DNA of 64,000 nt from Schizochytrium sp. TIO01 (Eukaryota; Protista; Bigyra: Labyrinthulomycetes). The translations under genes and the position numbers were made by a program. The stretch is taken from contig SMSO01000005.1 in assembly GCA_004764695.1 (NCBI GenBank), positions 372,001-436,000 of the forward strand, read 5' to 3'. Positions 1 through 14,600 of this stretch are shown here, in pieces; the first letter of the stretch is position 1, and the number at the start of each line of letters is the position of its first letter. Below the pieces are notes generated by a model, which was not told the origin of the DNA, ran no database searches, and saw only the letters and a program-made list of their open reading frames with translations.

Positions 1-150
1 AGCGAAGAAGAAAGGGAAGGTTCAGTCAGTATCAATCCGTATAATTGGAGGTTTGGTTGGTTTGGATAAATGAGACCTGGGTGTCGTCGCCGACTTGGAC
101 ATTATATTATCGACGACTTCGTCAGAGTAACTCACAAGGTCGAAGACATC

Positions 151-1212
151 TTAAGGGCGCCAGGTGGACTGAGCCTCTTTGAGGCGCTGGGCTTGCGTTT
201 TGGTCAAGGGGGGGAGAGACGACTGCAAGTAGACGGCAATTTTGGCGAGGATCTTTGCCTCGTCGCGGTTGATCCAGCGGTCGTACTTCAACATACGCTT
301 GAGGTGTTTGTCAATAGCGCGCTTTGGCCTGCGGATACCGCAAAAGTTGGCAATGTCTGAGATGGTCTTAAGGTCCTGGGAAATGTAGACGCGGGTGATG
401 TTCATGACCATGGCGATCTCTGCGGGCTTCCAGCGGCCCTGATCGTACTCCATCTCCTCGGCAAGGCCCGGGGAGCTGAAGCCACTGGGGGAGGCGGGTG
501 CGGGCTGCACCTCGGACGGGACAATGTTCTCGCGAGTGCGCTTGGTGTAGCGCATGTCGTTCATCTCGCATGCGCGACGCTTGCGGGAGTCCATGACCTC
601 TTCGTAGTCGACGCTTGCCTCATCGGTGGAGGAGGCGCCAGAAGAGGACGAGGGAGAAAGAGATCCAGCAGGCATCATCGGGGTGGTGCCAGCCGAAGAT
701 CCGGAAGTGCTGCGCATGACAGCGCTGGGCACGGGGGTGGGCGGTGCGTGGCGCTGGTTGGAGTAGAAGTAGCCCTCAAAGCCCGGGATCGGGTGTTGCT
801 CGAGGTCCTTGATCTGCTCGATTTCCTGAGAAACGTTGTTGCTGTGTTGAGGGTGAGTGTAGTAAGTCTCGTGGTACTGCTGCTCCTGGTGGTACTGCTG
901 CTGGGGCGCGCTGTACTGCATGTGTTGCTGCTGCTGGTGGTACGGCTGCTGCTCCATAGGCTTGGAGGATGCGAACGGGTCCGTGGCGAACTCGAGCTGG
1001 TCCGCGAAGAACTCGTTGGCGACCTGGCGATCGTTCTGCTGCTGCTGCTGCATAGGTGCGCCGCAGTCGTTGGCAAAGTCATCCACGCCAAAAGTGTAGT
1101 CGAGCCAGCTGAGGTCCTCGTCAAGGGGCAGGAGGTTGTCCATGGCCTCCATGCCACCGCCCATCGATTCGTACGAGGCCGCACGTTGCGGCATGCCGGG
1201 AAGAAGGCACAT
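151..1212 (-). CDS. Gln-rich putative transcription factor with a single C-terminal Myb/SANT-like helix-turn-helix domain
   Basis: 353-aa ORF with strong C/G3 codon bias and ATG in caaaaATG context. Q/H/Y-rich N-half, S/P-rich linker and basic NLS-like segments (SRKRR, KRTR). C-terminal GRWKPAEIAMV...ISDIANFCGIRRPKRAIDKHLKRML resembles a Myb repeat (W..E...L...IA....R...I..H). The gene call is solid; the family call is tentative. Confidence 0.7.
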   Translation of the reverse strand: MCLLPGMPQRAASYESMGGGMEAMDNLLPLDEDLSWLDYTFGVDDFANDCGAPMQQQQQNDRQVANEFFADQLEFATDPFASSKPMEQQPYHQQQQHMQYSAPQQQYHQEQQYHETYYTHPQHSNNVSQEIEQIKDLEQHPIPGFEGYFYSNQRHAPPTPVPSAVMRSTSGSSAGTTPMMPAGSLSPSSSSGASSTDEASVDYEEVMDSRKRRACEMNDMRYTKRTRENIVPSEVQPAPASPSGFSSPGLAEEMEYDQGRWKPAEIAMVMNITRVYISQDLKTISDIANFCGIRRPKRAIDKHLKRMLKYDRWINRDEAKILAKIAVYLQSSLPPLTKTQAQRLKEAQSTWRP

Positions 1213-2385
1213 TTTTGCTGTTGTTGTGTTGCTTGAGGAGTAAGTTAACTGATCTAGACCGTCACGGTCCTTCCTTGCTAGGGGTGCTCAAAACCACCGA
1301 CCTGATGCAAGCAAGTCCTTTGCTCCTGTGCTCCGCTGCTGCTGCTGCTGCTGCTGTCGCTTCGGCGTGTCTGGTGCCGAGCTTTGAATGTTTGAGATCC
1401 GAGTTTGCTGATGGCTTCGCGCGCCCTTTCGCCCCATTTCTTTTACCTTCCTTTTACTTTCCTTTCAACTTTCTTTCTCCGCCCCTATTGCTGCGCCTTT
1501 GCCTCCATTTTACTTTTCTTTCAACTTTCTTTATCCTGTCTCTTAACCTGCGCCGTTGCCATATTGCCCACCTTTAACCCCAAACATTTAAAAAGTGTCT
1601 CCGCCCAGGGACGCTTCGCCCTGCGCGCGCCTTTTTCACGTTCCTAAGGAGTTGCACGGAAGCTTTGGGAAGACAGAGACGCGGACGCTTGTGTCTCTGC
1701 CGCCCTATTAATCCTTATCAAATCCCTCTTCCTTTTTTGCCTTTTCTTTTCCCTTTTTCTTTTCTTCCCCTATTATTACCCTTATATTATTTTATTTATT
1801 ATCTGACTGACTGCTCATTTACTCCTCTCTCAGTCTCACTCTTTCTTTCTCATTAAAAATAAATAAAAATTCTTTCTTTACATACTTACTTACTTACTTA
1901 CTTAGTCACTTACTTACTTACTTACTTAGTTCAAGTTCTCCCTCTCTACTTTCGCCATTACTACTAAGAATTAGTTTCAAAAACTTATTTTAAAACCTAA
2001 TTGACTGAAAGGGTCTTTCTTTTGAAAAATGTTTTCTTTTTTTTAAAGTTCGTTCAACTTCCTTTCCAACTAAGAACCCTCGAATGCCTTTCAGTCTGCA
2101 CAATAGTCGCAAAGACAAAGACAGAGTGAGAAAGAGAGCTCTTCTCCTTCTTCTGCATGAGCCTTCTCACCGCTGATCGCTGCTGTTGGGAGGAGATGGA
2201 GGACCTGCTTTTCACGCCTTTCTTCCATTCGATCGTTTCGCCTCTCCTCTCCTTCTTCTCCTCTTTTCTCTATCAGTCTATTTGGTCTCTTCCCTCCTCA
2301 CTGCTTTTGGAGCAAAGATGCGCTTAGGAGGCAGCTAGGTGCCTCCTACCTGCTACCTGCTGCCTACCAACAGCAACGTTTTACT

Positions 2386-2416
<31 letters not shown>

Positions 2417-3362
2417 CTCTTTCTTTTGGTCTTTTCAGAGAAAGAAGAGAAAGAGGAAAACCTTCGGTTGGCCTTCTTGGAAGCAAAGGGAGTAGTGAGA
2501 TGTTTTATTTTAATGCTCTCGAGTTCTTCCGATAGACTGTTTTACGGATTAGACCAAAGTCAGACCCACTCACTCACTCCCTCACTCAATTAATCAATCA
2601 ATCCACTCGCTCTTGAGCTAATCCGTGCGGATTCAAGAAACGATCGCTGATTCTTTCCTTCTTCGCCCAAACCGACGAAGAAGAGGCGGATTCCCTCAGC
2701 CTTTGACCTCCTCAGCGAATGAACAGACAGATGCAAACTTCGTATCGCTCGCTTTTAGAGGCTTCGCTCATTCAAATTTTGGCGAAAGCATCGTTTACTT
2801 TCTCTTCGCTCTCTCTCTCTCTCTCTCTCCTTTTACTTCCTTGGAAAACTTCTTCTCTTCTCTTCTGCTGGAACTTCAATGAACCAATAAATGTAATTAT
2901 AATTAATAAGGAAGCACTCACTCACTCACTCACTATTATTTCCATCCTCCTTTGGGTTCTTCCTCTCATTCGCCAATCAAGCTATGCGCGCCTACCGCAC
3001 TGCTAACGTCATTACGCGTATGTATGTTTGAAGGTTTGTAGGTTTGTACTACCGGCGGCCTAGCCGAGTCCTACCGTGCCCCCCCAGATCTTTCGAGTGG
3101 GCTTATTCGCAGTACAACAAACCTGCACTGCTATGGCGGATCGAAGTATTCTCTGCGTTTTATCTGTTGCACGTACGTTCTTCTTTGCTTGACTGCCTTC
3201 GAATCAGCCGAAGCACACGCACTCACAATGAATTCAATCTTCTGCGTTGGGAACGAAGTCATCGTTCCCGACTGCGTTTTGCATTCAATCAATCTCAGTC
3301 AGTCAGTACAACTTCAACCAAAACAGACGAAGAAGCACTTCATCCTTTCTTTTCGATGAAAC

Positions 3363-3402
3363 GAATGAATGAATGAATGAATGAATGAATGAATGAATGA
3401 AT
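3363..3402 (+). repeat. (GAAT)10 microsatellite
   Basis: Perfect tetranucleotide array read directly. Similar arrays near 13283, 16244 (reverse), 18001 and 41815. Confidence 0.95.
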
Positions 3403-6400
3403 AGTCTGTTAGTTATGAACACCAATAACTAAGCAGACGAACTTGCCTCTTGAAGATTTCTCCAGTTTCCCTCATAATTCGCAGACTGACCTGCCTCTTC
3501 AAGAGCAAAGATGCACTCCAAGCCGACCGCTCTTAGTTGACAGCGGCCGCGTTTCGAATCGATTCACTCATTGATCGATGATTGCGACCTATAAAAAGCC
3601 CAGCGCCACTGATCTTCGTGCCCTTCTTGAATCATTCCCGCCTTATCTGTCTCATAGTTTAATTGAATCACTCTAACAAACCCAAGTAAGCAGAATTGGT
3701 TTTGCACAATAGTTTAATGTTTTGGTAATATTATTATTGTTAAAATGAAAAGACCAATAATTATCTGTTATGGAGCACAGTACATCGTGGCGCTTCTGCT
3801 TCTCCTCACCACCCACCTCCCTTTCTTTTCTTCTACTAACCAAATGAAATGGTGCTACCAAGAGTGTCACGCCTACCGTTATCGGTATCTGCGCGCTAGG
3901 CCCGCCGCCCTAGCTCTTTCTTCACTTTGAAATTTCCCCAAAGCGCCAAACAATAAAATACGCCTTTGGCCTTTAATTAATATATTCTTACTTATCTTCG
4001 AAGAAAGGAGGTACTTAACAGTGGATAGACAGAGCGTAACCACAAGTCGACCATTCTTTGAAAGAGCAGGGTCTAAAACTCGTCGTTCGTTCGCTCGCAA
4101 CATCTTCTTTCGAGGTAAAACTTTGGAAAACCTGCTTCAGGCCGATGGGAAAGAGAAGGTTTGCACCATATCCGCCACTCGATCAATCGTTGACCCCATC
4201 GCTTCGATCCTCAAACTATCTACAGTGCTGATACAAAGCCCACTCGACCAATATAGTGCATCGTCATCATTTTCTTTCTTCAATGTTTAATTAAAATAAA
4301 ATCAGATCACTTTTAACAAATTAAGTAATTAATTAATTAAAAAAGAAGAGAAATCAAACTCCCCAACCAACACTCGTTATCTCCATCCTCCTACTTCCCA
4401 AATACCCTTTCACTTCGGCAAGATTTACTACGCTCCTGCTGAAGACCCCCAAGAAAAAGAGGGGCACAGAGGGGGAAAACCAAGCAGAGACGCTCCGCAC
4501 GAGTCTCCTCCTGCGCCGCTTCTTCAGCTTGCGAAATCGTGTGCAATTGCTTTTCGCAGCCTCTCACAGTAGGAAGTAAAGGTCGCCAAAGTCATGCCCG
4601 GGTGCTAGCGCCTTATTAAGAGACTCCTACGCGATGGAAGAATTGCTTCGTTCTTGTCTTTCTTAGCACACCGCGGAAAAGTTTTTACTCCGCCGCTAAG
4701 TGCCTTCTACCGACAACGCTATGCGTTCTGGGCAGCGTAAGGCTCTCTCTCTTTTCTCTCTCTCTCTCACTCATCCTTCTGATCTTGTTTCTTTGGGCTT
4801 TTGAGCTCTCTGGTCTGGAGAAGTCGAGCTCAGAAAAGGCTGTCATGGACTCTGCGAGAGCCCTTCGAGCGCCTCCCCAGGCGATTTCAAGGCCTAAGCT
4901 CGGGATCGCGCTGGATGTCTGGCCTCTATTTTAGCCTTCTGGCGCCTTGCTTCCCCTCCGTGCGCCTCCTTCAAGTGCCTTTTGGCTTCTTTTCTTTCCC
5001 GGTAAGATTTATTTTTTGTTTTTTGTTTTTTGTTTTAAAATTAAAGTTCACTCTCGATGATGGATGTTACACAGCTAGTGTGTTTACTGTATGTATAAAC
5101 CCAATCAGTATGTATCATCATTTCGATGACGAAGGTGGATGGATGGCTTTTGCTATCAGAAATCCTTCATCTTTAGCTAAAGTGGGTGCGTACCTTCTCT
5201 CGGTGGGATGGAGGAAAGCTGGGAAGCGAGGGGAATTCGCAGAAAGGTGACTTCATTAGCGATTGCTTTCAACTTTCATCGATCTTACCTCATCCCCTCA
5301 GCCTTAGCTGGCTTTTCTCCATCTGCTAAGACTGACTGCCTCTGTCAAAAAAAAACAGAAAGGCATGAGTATCTTTCTTTTTAAGTAAACATAGAATGAA
5401 AATTTAACATACTGGTATGATACTGGTCAATTTATTTTTCTTTGGGATGCATACTACTCCTGTGTTTCTAAGTTAAAAGGTGTCTTTAATTTTAATTTAA
5501 AGCGCCTCATCCTATAATGACGAGTCTTTAAAAACATTCTTTAACACGTCAACAAACAAGTCTCCTCATATTTTTGTCGGAAGCTGGCTGGCTGGCTGGC
5601 TGGCTGGCAGCCGTCTTCTGAAGTCGGGGGTGGACACGGACAAGCTGTGGTGGACACTGACAGTTTTTTCTTGGGAATTATACGGTGCAGGAGGAGACCC
5701 ATCGTGTGAGTCTCGGGAAGGTGCTGCTTGGACAATGTGAGGGGGTAGCAGAAGGCGCGAGAGGTGCTCCTAACGCAGCAGAGCGTCACGCAGAGGCAGT
5801 GAGGAAGAGAGGGAGAGACTTGCTGCGGGGCATTCTTTGAAGCTTTGGAGGTTGCCAAATCCCCGTTTGGGCTTTCCCGACTCCTGAACGTTCGAACCTG
5901 CGGCGGCGAGATTCGTAATAATTGTGAGCAAGGTCCATCCTTGTCTCAGTTTCTTTCCGGGGCTCTGTTCGCTTTCATTTCAACGCTTCGCTTCCTCATC
6001 CGCGTTAGCCCTCGCGAGCCTGTGCTCGGCCACCTTTCATGACCTTCCCTCGCATCGAATCCGTGTTTTCCCGCTCAAGTTGTTTAGTTTTCATCTCCTC
6101 GGCACTCGTATTACTTAGATTCTGTATTCTCCTACCCGTGCTACGATTGCTCTTAGCATTGCTATTACTAGGACCACCTACAGCTCGCTACGGTGAGATG
6201 GTGAAGACAAGAACTTGAAATCTGTTTTGATTTCAAGATTTCAAGATCGCGATAATTCAATGCTGCGGTGAGGAAATCAAATCGAGATTGATCATCCAAA
6301 ATAACAGCGCTTGCGGATGTCTGCCTTTAACCGCGGATTAAATTTCCAGCGGTTTTGCTCTTCATTTGAGTGCATTCGAGAGGTGCTGCGCTATCGGATG

Positions 6401-9400
6401 ATTCTGAAAGCTCACGTCAGGCTTCCATGAATGAATGTGCAATGAATCTATCCCCAAACGACTGAGAACCACATATTATCTATCAGTCAGTCCCCCGCGG
6501 TGCTGGCGGCATTTGTATTTCTAGATACCCTCAACTTTTTTCTTCAGAGTTCTCTGCGCAAACGAAATAAATCGCAAACGAAATAAATGAATCGATATGG
6601 AATCTCGTTCTGTTCGCGCAGCCTTTGTTTACATTGATCATTCATTCCATCTTCGAGTTACCGTTCAAATGTAATTCATTCCCCAAATCTGAACTTGAAC
6701 AAGATACGAAGAAATCAGTGGAATGAAAGATAAAAGAAAAAGAAAAGGAAAAAGATTCTCCCGCTTACAACCTTCATACAAGCCTTTAGCTACCTTCTAC
6801 CCCATACTGAGCTGCCCCTTGTCATAACTAAATAAAGAAATAAAGAAATAAAGAAATGAAGAAATAAATAAATTTATTTACTTATTACTATCAAACAATC
6901 AGAGTACGTGTGCAAGTGAGCTAGCCGCCCTCTTTTCAAAAGCCTATTTCTTGACTTCTTTCACGCTGAAGCAAATCAGTCATTCTGCAGACGTCTCTGC
7001 TGCTTCAACGACTTTATCTTCAGCAGCCCCAATATTTCCTCTCCGCGACTTCAATTCCCTGACCTTCGCAGCTCAGTCCTCAGCTCAGCGCGGCTTCAAC
7101 GCCGCTCAGCGCACCGCTCGCTTCAAGTCTTCAAATCGCGAGTTCCTTAGCTTCCCTACCTATCTTTACAAAGGCTTTCCCAGCGCTACCTCTTTTACTA
7201 TTACTTTGAGGAAAGCTTTCATTGTGGGTGGTACGAATTCTTACTTTCATCATCTAAATCCCATAGTGCGCACCTTTTCTTTGCAGTTTCTTTTAACTTA
7301 AGCAATATAAAGAATAATTAGAAAGAATCAAACGAATCGAAGTCTGTATTTTCCTGCACACTATCAAGAGCGAGAAGTCTGGCTTCGAGCAGTCAGAAGG
7401 AATAGGACGCACACGTACGTACGTACGTACGTACACACACGCTCACGGAATACATCCAAAGGTGCCTATGTTTGCATAAACGCATGGATACACTCGCACG
7501 CACAGAAGGATCGTCGCCGTCTTTCCCATCGTAGAACTCACTTGGAGAATAGTGGAAGCCGCCGCCTCTCTCTTTCTGGATGGCCAATAATAGATATTAT
7601 GACCTGCTTCAGCTTTTCTGGACAGTGCGAATGAAAGAAATGACTCATCGCCATCCTTTAAGTCTCCATCGAGTCTTCTCACCACCAAAGCCTATTATAA
7701 TGAGGTCCCTTTCCCACTTTCTTTTTACGTGTTTCCCTTTCTTTCCAAGAAGACATACATACATACATGCATACATACTTATATACATACATACATTCAT
7801 ACAGAGATCAGTCGAAGCCAGAAACAAATAACTTTTCTTCAAAGCTTTAACTTGGGTGGTTGAGCAGCACTGAGAACTCGTTTAGTTACTTCGTTGGTCG
7901 GTTGGTTGGTTAGTTAGTTGGATTACTCGTATCCTTCCTGAATCCTGTGCTCTGATCTGGTTCTTTACGGAGGCAGGTACCTACATATGCATCTGCGAAA
8001 ACTATCTCGTGCAGAATCCAGATAGTAGCTTTGTATTGCGATCGTATCTGAAAGTCAGGTGGACTGGAAGTCAGCGTCAGTTGATTTGCTTTCATTTCAA
8101 CTCATTTCAACTCATTTTCAATTCATTTGACTGTATTCTATCTATTCTGGTCGATTTGACTTGATCTGATCTCATCGCACTTCATTTTATTCTGCCTGAC
8201 CGAGTCCGTGAAGAGTGAGTGTTTGGGTGAGTAGCTAATAACCCCTGCGATGTCTCAAGTAATAGGAGTGAATCGTGAGGAGCGGCTTTTCGCTTGGAGG
8301 TCAATAGAACGAGCGAATTGGCTGATCTCCGTTTGCCAATCATTAACTGCTCTTCGGTTTCTTTTCTGTGTTTCAAAGCTTTATTGTTTATTATTATTGT
8401 TCTTCTTCTTATTATTATTACTATCATTAAATGAATTACACATTAAAAAGAAACAGGGTGCCAGCACAGCACATTCCCGACCACCAACGAAAAGAATGGT
8501 ACATCGTAAGAGTCATAGAGTGAGCACTTCATATCTCTTCGTCTCTTTCACTGCTTTCTCTGCCCACTAGGGGTACCTAGAACCGAATAGGAGTAAACCA
8601 ACTAGTGCTAGTTATCCTCTTATTGCTCACTATTGTCTCTGGCGTTTCCTTGCTATTGTCCTTATTGCACAGTTGCGCAAACGACGGTGAGTCTCTCTCT
8701 CTCTCTCTCTGTTTTTCCTTTTACACCTCTCCTCTTAGACACTATCATCCTTGATAAAACTATGTTTAAATAAAAAGAAAAGTAAAGTAAAACAAGAAAA
8801 GAAAAGAAAAAGCTCAACTTATCCATTTTTAGTTGTACTTTATTTTTTGTTTGAACTTTTCATTAAAAGTGAAAAGCTGTTTTATTGAGCAACAAGGGGA
8901 AATCTTCCTTTTAGGGTCAGTGAAAGTATGGCTTTCTGGCGCCATTGCCATTGATGAGTAAAATCGCTGTACCTGAAAGAAGGAGTGACCGCGGAGAAGT
9001 CGCTGCTGACGCAAAGATCCTCAGCGACCTGCGCTCCCCTGTATGAGAGATACACGTGCAGGTCTGCCATTTCGCTGTGCGAGAAGGTGTCTGTCCAGCT
9101 TGTGCAACGATGATGTGATGATATCGCTCGATCAAGCACGTCTTTGGGTCCATTTGGATCCATGGAATCTCAGAATTCAAAGATTTGCATCTCCTCATGC
9201 CTCGCAATCAATCAATTTAAAATCAAGCTGTCTATCCATCAATTCAAAGTCAATCAATCAATTCGAAATCAATCAAAATCAGATGAATTGATCAACTGAT
9301 TAATCAACTATGCGGTGGTTTACCATCGCTTAATCATAAACTAGCTTCCTTTCCCTTTAATTCACAACTCCAGGGAGCTTTCGAAGCGCGACGAACTCTG

Positions 9401-10279
9401 TCTCCGATGCTGACTTCTTCGAGCTCGTGCTTTCGGGAGAGAAGCAAGTTCAAGCCACCGACAGAGTTTGACGGATCTAGGGAGCAGTGGATAAGTACCC
9501 GCCCACCGCTCTACAAGCCAGCCTTTGAAAGTATCGAAGCGCTTCTTGAAGAAACAAATCGAAGGCTCTTAACCTGAACATGCTTAGTTCACAGTATCTT
9601 TTTCATTCTTTCCGGGTCAATAGGATCTTCGGATTACCTACAGACTTTTACTTTCAGAGCAGAGAAATCATCGCAGCAGCTTCTTGGCTTTGAAGAGAGA
9701 TCCAAGAAACCTGAAATGCACCTTCAATCCAAGGTCAGATGAGGGCCAATTCAATAATGCTTTTTCTCTGATATCGTGCTCCCTGTCAATGTATCGCCAA
9801 GCATACGACAGGCGCCCAGTTCGGGATAGTGAATCTCTCTCCCTGAGCAGACTACTATCGTACTATCCGCTTTTAAATCAATCGCTCTAGCTAGAGTTGC
9901 ATATAATAAGGAAGAAGAAGAAATCAAACGCAATAAGTATCCGTCACGCTGACTAAAAAAAGGGGAGGAGGATAATATGATACATAACTTTTCATTCAAC
10001 AGAGCCGAAATTAAAAAGAACAGCCTATCCGGATTTATTATGCAAGAGACGGAGGCACGCGAGGAATGTCGACATGGCTGTCTCTCATCAATCAGTTAGT
10101 CAGTTAGTCAGTTGGTTAGTTAGTTAGTTAGTTTCACTTTTTTTAATATTTAAATTGAACATTTTTCCAGATTCTCAGTAAAAAATAAAAAACCTATTCA
10201 TTTAGCAGTTACAGCTAGCTCCCTACTTCTAGGCTACCCAGACGGATAACGTTAAAGCACATCATGAGTGTTGACTTGA

Positions 10280-10280
<1 letters not shown>

Positions 10281-10336
<56 letters not shown>

Positions 10337-10338
10337 AA
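10281..10338 (+). repeat. (AAAG)n microsatellite
   Basis: Perfect array read directly. Related arrays near 2388 and 11049 (reverse) and 59772. Confidence 0.95.
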
Positions 10339-11528
10339 CAAATAAAAGATGGAAAGAAAGAAAGCGAATAAATGGCACGACACGACTCGACATGCCATCC
10401 ATGAATGAGAGCCTCAATAATGACGAGCAGCAGAAGCAGCCAAACCTCCTTAGCTTATCCTAAGCGGTCCGCAGATCAGCCTGCAAACCAATCTCTATCT
10501 AGGACGCCTGTGACGGTTGATCCGCCGCGAGGAAGCGAGAGGTCCCCCGCTTTAGCGCTCAGGCTGCCATAGAAACACACCAACAATCAATTATTCAATT
10601 CAATCAATCCATCAATCAACTAAGCAAACAAAGAAAGAGACTCCCGTCCGAAGGATCCTAGTCTGGGAAAAGGCGCCAGTAGCTACCCGCTAAGCCACCC
10701 ATAGAGCGCCCTGCTTAATCCTTTCACTGCGGTGGCTCGAGCTTTCTGCTGTGGGCTCAGCGATGCACTAGCAAGCTGCAAGCTCACTCCTATAAGCCAT
10801 TCAGTGCTAGCAGCTTCTCTTCCAATGCTACCCCCCGCAGTGCGAAACTTCCATCTTTGTCCGACGCCTTTAAGTTCTGTTGTATTTCGAGTTTTACCTT
10901 CAAGTTTTCGCCCCTCAGTCATTGAACCTCTCTGTTGCTTGCTTGATAATAAGACAAGTGAGTTATTCACTCATTCAGTTACTATGACACCCTCGTGGAT
11001 TAGAATCTGGCAGGGTAGAAGTTACCTATTTTGGTCTAGGCTCAACGTCTTTCTTTCTTTCTTTCTTTCTTTCTTTTCTTTCTTTCTTTCTTTCTTTCTT
11101 TGCTTTCGCTGCCTAGGGCAGTCCTAGCGATACCCCTGAGCAAAGGAGGAAAGGAGGCCTTCAGGAAAGGTCGGTGAGTTGGGAAGAGGAAATCTTTGGA
11201 GGTTATTCTTTCTCTTTCTCTTTTCCAAAGACCATCATACTAATTATGTGTAAATACTTTGGAGAGGAAAGTTCTTTCTCGACTTTGGTTCTGTGCAGCA
11301 TCTGAGGGAATCAATTGATCAATCGCTGAGGCTCTTTGGCAGCTTTAGCGGCAGCCTTTGCGTCAGATTGGAGCGACTCCCAGCGCGGATCTGCGCACGT
11401 GTTTCCACAGCCAGAGTCGGTATCTGAGTGTTTTCCAGCCAATCGATCCTGAGACCGTTTGCTTCGACGCGCGAAAGAAAGGATCGCATCTCTGCTTCGA
11501 TTGATTAAAACCAATCTCAAATAAACGA

Positions 11529-11638
11529 ACTGACAAGTCAGACAAACTCAGACAAACAGACAAACAAACAAACTGACAAAAACTGACAAACTCAGACAAA
11601 CTCAGACAAATTCAGACAAACTCAGACAAACAGACAAA
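11529..11638 (+). repeat. Compound minisatellite of CTCAGACAAA / CAGACAAA / CTGACAAA units
   Basis: About a dozen imperfect 8-10 bp units sharing a GACAAA core. Confidence 0.9.
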
Positions 11639-14600
11639 GAAAGAGACAGAATACGGAAAACGTGAGCGCTGCTCCGCCTGAGAGATTTCCGTTCCCGACG
11701 ATGGATAGGAGTCACATAGCCAGCTATAGGACACCTGCGCCATGAACCTTTGGGGTCCACCTCTGTCTCAGGAGAACCACCCTATGAAAGGTCAAGGCAA
11801 AAGTCCTTTGCGCGGCCTCTTTTGCCTTTGACTCGGTTTAGGTTTGACACAGACGCGATCGCATGAGCAATACGAGCTCAGAACTGGAGTTTCTGTTGTG
11901 ACAGACGAATATATTCGTTCGGGCAATCAATATCAATCAATCAATGAATCAATCATTTATTCATGCTTTCATTCATCGCAGTCTAATAAGTTTCTTCTCG
12001 CTCAAAGTCGATTTCCCTTTTTCTTGATTCTCTTTTCTTTTCTTTTTTAATTAAAATGGAAAGAAAATTGATTAGAAAAGAAAAGAAAAGAAAAACAAAA
12101 TCCACCTTGTTATTTAAAATAAGTAAATATTAAAAATTGTGAAATAGGGAATAGTAAGCAGTCTGCGTACTGTTTCCTCTTAAAGTGTGAGAATAAGCTA
12201 TTTTGAAATGAAAGGCTTTATTAAAGTAAGTTTTGAAATTCTGTCTTTTCGGGTGTCGGTTAGTTACTTAGTATGGGCGGAGGAGAAGCAACGGAGGCGC
12301 CAGTCCCCGCATTGAAGGAGCCTTGAAGCGCCTTAAGAGAGAGCAATATAGCTAGCTCATCAGAACCCTTGCAGCCCCAGGGCATCTACTGCTACAACAT
12401 TGTCGACGCAGTGCGGATATTCTGCAGGATCGTGCCACACCCACTGAAGCAGCGGCAAAGGGCACCAATAGGGCAAGAGGCTGATGGATCAGAAGTTGGA
12501 ATTCGCTTTCCTTCTATTCCTTTCATTCCCTTGAATAAATTAATTATAAAATTATAAATCATAAATAATCAATAAATAAAAAGCGGAAGTGTCAAAGTAT
12601 TTTACTTGCAAGGTTTCTTCTTTCTTTTCTTATAAAGGTGATAATAAGCAAGAAAGAGAAAGACTGAGGCTGACCCATAGCTGGTGCTATTAAACTCCTA
12701 GAAGAGCCCTGAAGAGTAATAGAAGTCGGATTCTGGGCAATACGTACCTACCCACTGTGCCTATATGGAAGAAATTGAAAAGCCAAAAGTGATCATGATG
12801 AAAGTAAGCGCCATCGCTGTCGCTCAAAGCAACAGTAAAACAACATCCTTATTTGATTCAAGCTTTAAGTGAATATATAACAGTCATCTTTCTTTTCACT
12901 CAACGCATAACTAAAGAATGAATGAGACAACTACGAAGCACGGACTCTGTAAATTAAGCACGTACCTACGGTCGGTCGTCCAGTGACATGCATACACACA
13001 AATATACACATACATTGATAACCACATCAGATACAGAAACACGAGCGACTAATTCAATGGGTGGGCATCGCAAGACTTCATTCATCTTCACGGAGCAGCA
13101 TCATTCTTTCTTAATTCATTACGTTTCATGACCTCTCTTTCAAGCTTGAAACAGTTATCAGTGGGTGGCCATTAAGTCTGCGATTCATTCCATTTACTGT
13201 TGATTTATAAAATTGCTTTTCCCAGAAAGGTTCATGAAATAAACAGACTTTAAAGAAAGAATGAATGAAACACGGAGCGATTGAATGAATGAATGAATGA
13301 ATGAATAAAATCGAATACCTCTGATTGTTTGGAGAGGGCAGTTAAGGTGTGTTTTTAAGGTGGGAGATCCCGATTCCTGCACGTCGAGAATTGCAACAGC
13401 ATATCAATGGGTGGATACTTTCTCGCCTCGGTTTCAGGCTTTCCTTTTGGGCAGTGAGATTGGCACATTTGCCGTCTCTTGCAGCTCTGAGTGTGATTGG
13501 TGTCGCTGTCCGTTGTTTCACGGCTTTGCTGCGCTGCGGTGCCCAGATCCCGGTGTGTTTCCGGCATTCGTGAATGGAATGTAGTCCTCATTCTGCGAAA
13601 GAAATGCACCCCAAAAGGGCCTTTTTTAACACTTGTTCACGATCCATGCTTTGTGGTGGTTTGCGGCTCTTTCCGTGTGTAATGCAAAAGCTTAGTCATG
13701 AGGAAATGTCACAGCCAATACTCTGCTCTGAAGGAAATGAAGTGGAATAAAACCAAATGAAATGAAAATGAGTGAGAAAGATTTCTGATGGTGCAGGCTA
13801 TTGCTGCGTTTAATTAATTAACTTGTAAATCAAAGAAAGTGTTTCTTATTTGGAACAGAAATACTAAACCACATGCCGTAGGAAGGAATTTCAAAATGCT
13901 ACGAATTGGACATTTGATATGCAACGATATATTTTACGATTGACAAATATTTATTTCCTTTGATGCTTTGAACACGGTTACTGTAAGAAATCGTGTATTC
14001 CAGTTGACGTTTTCCAAGTGGCGATTAATCGTTCTGATAAACTCCGTGCAGGATTTTTCAAGCCTTTTATTAGAGCATCACAACATACATACATACAAAC
14101 ATACATACACGTTGGGGACTTTGGAAACATGATCATCTTGCACAAAAAGTTGCAGAGCTCCCTTCGTCAAGCCGCAACGGGTTTCGCGATATGTAAATGG
14201 AAGAAATGGCCCTTGAAGTACTGGTGACCTGCATTACTGACGCTGCAGCATGCGTGGTTTCCAATCGAAGCAATGGATTGCTTTGCTTCGCTCCGCTTGG
14301 CGATCTTTGTGCCTACACATAAATTAATCATGCTGTTTGTGAAGAAGATAGTTCTTTATTTTTTTGATTAACTAAACCAAACTTGTGGTAAGGAACCTAT
14401 CTACCTACATACCTACCAACGACTGACTTACCGGAGTTGGTGGCAAGTAATCACTGCTAAATGGTTATTTCGCGAGATCTCCATAACGCAAACGCCCCAA
14501 TCATCTCGGAGGCAAAGTCCGTCTATCTCACGAACTCTTTTCCAGTGACGCTTTCTTTGTCGTGCAGCACCTAACAACTCTGCTTTTAGTAGGTGCCTGT

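Noticed and set aside
70-1236. ORFs 70..360, 368..571, 675..1184 and 748..1236 overlapping the first gene
   Set aside because: Antisense or alternate-frame shadows of a GC3-biased CDS.
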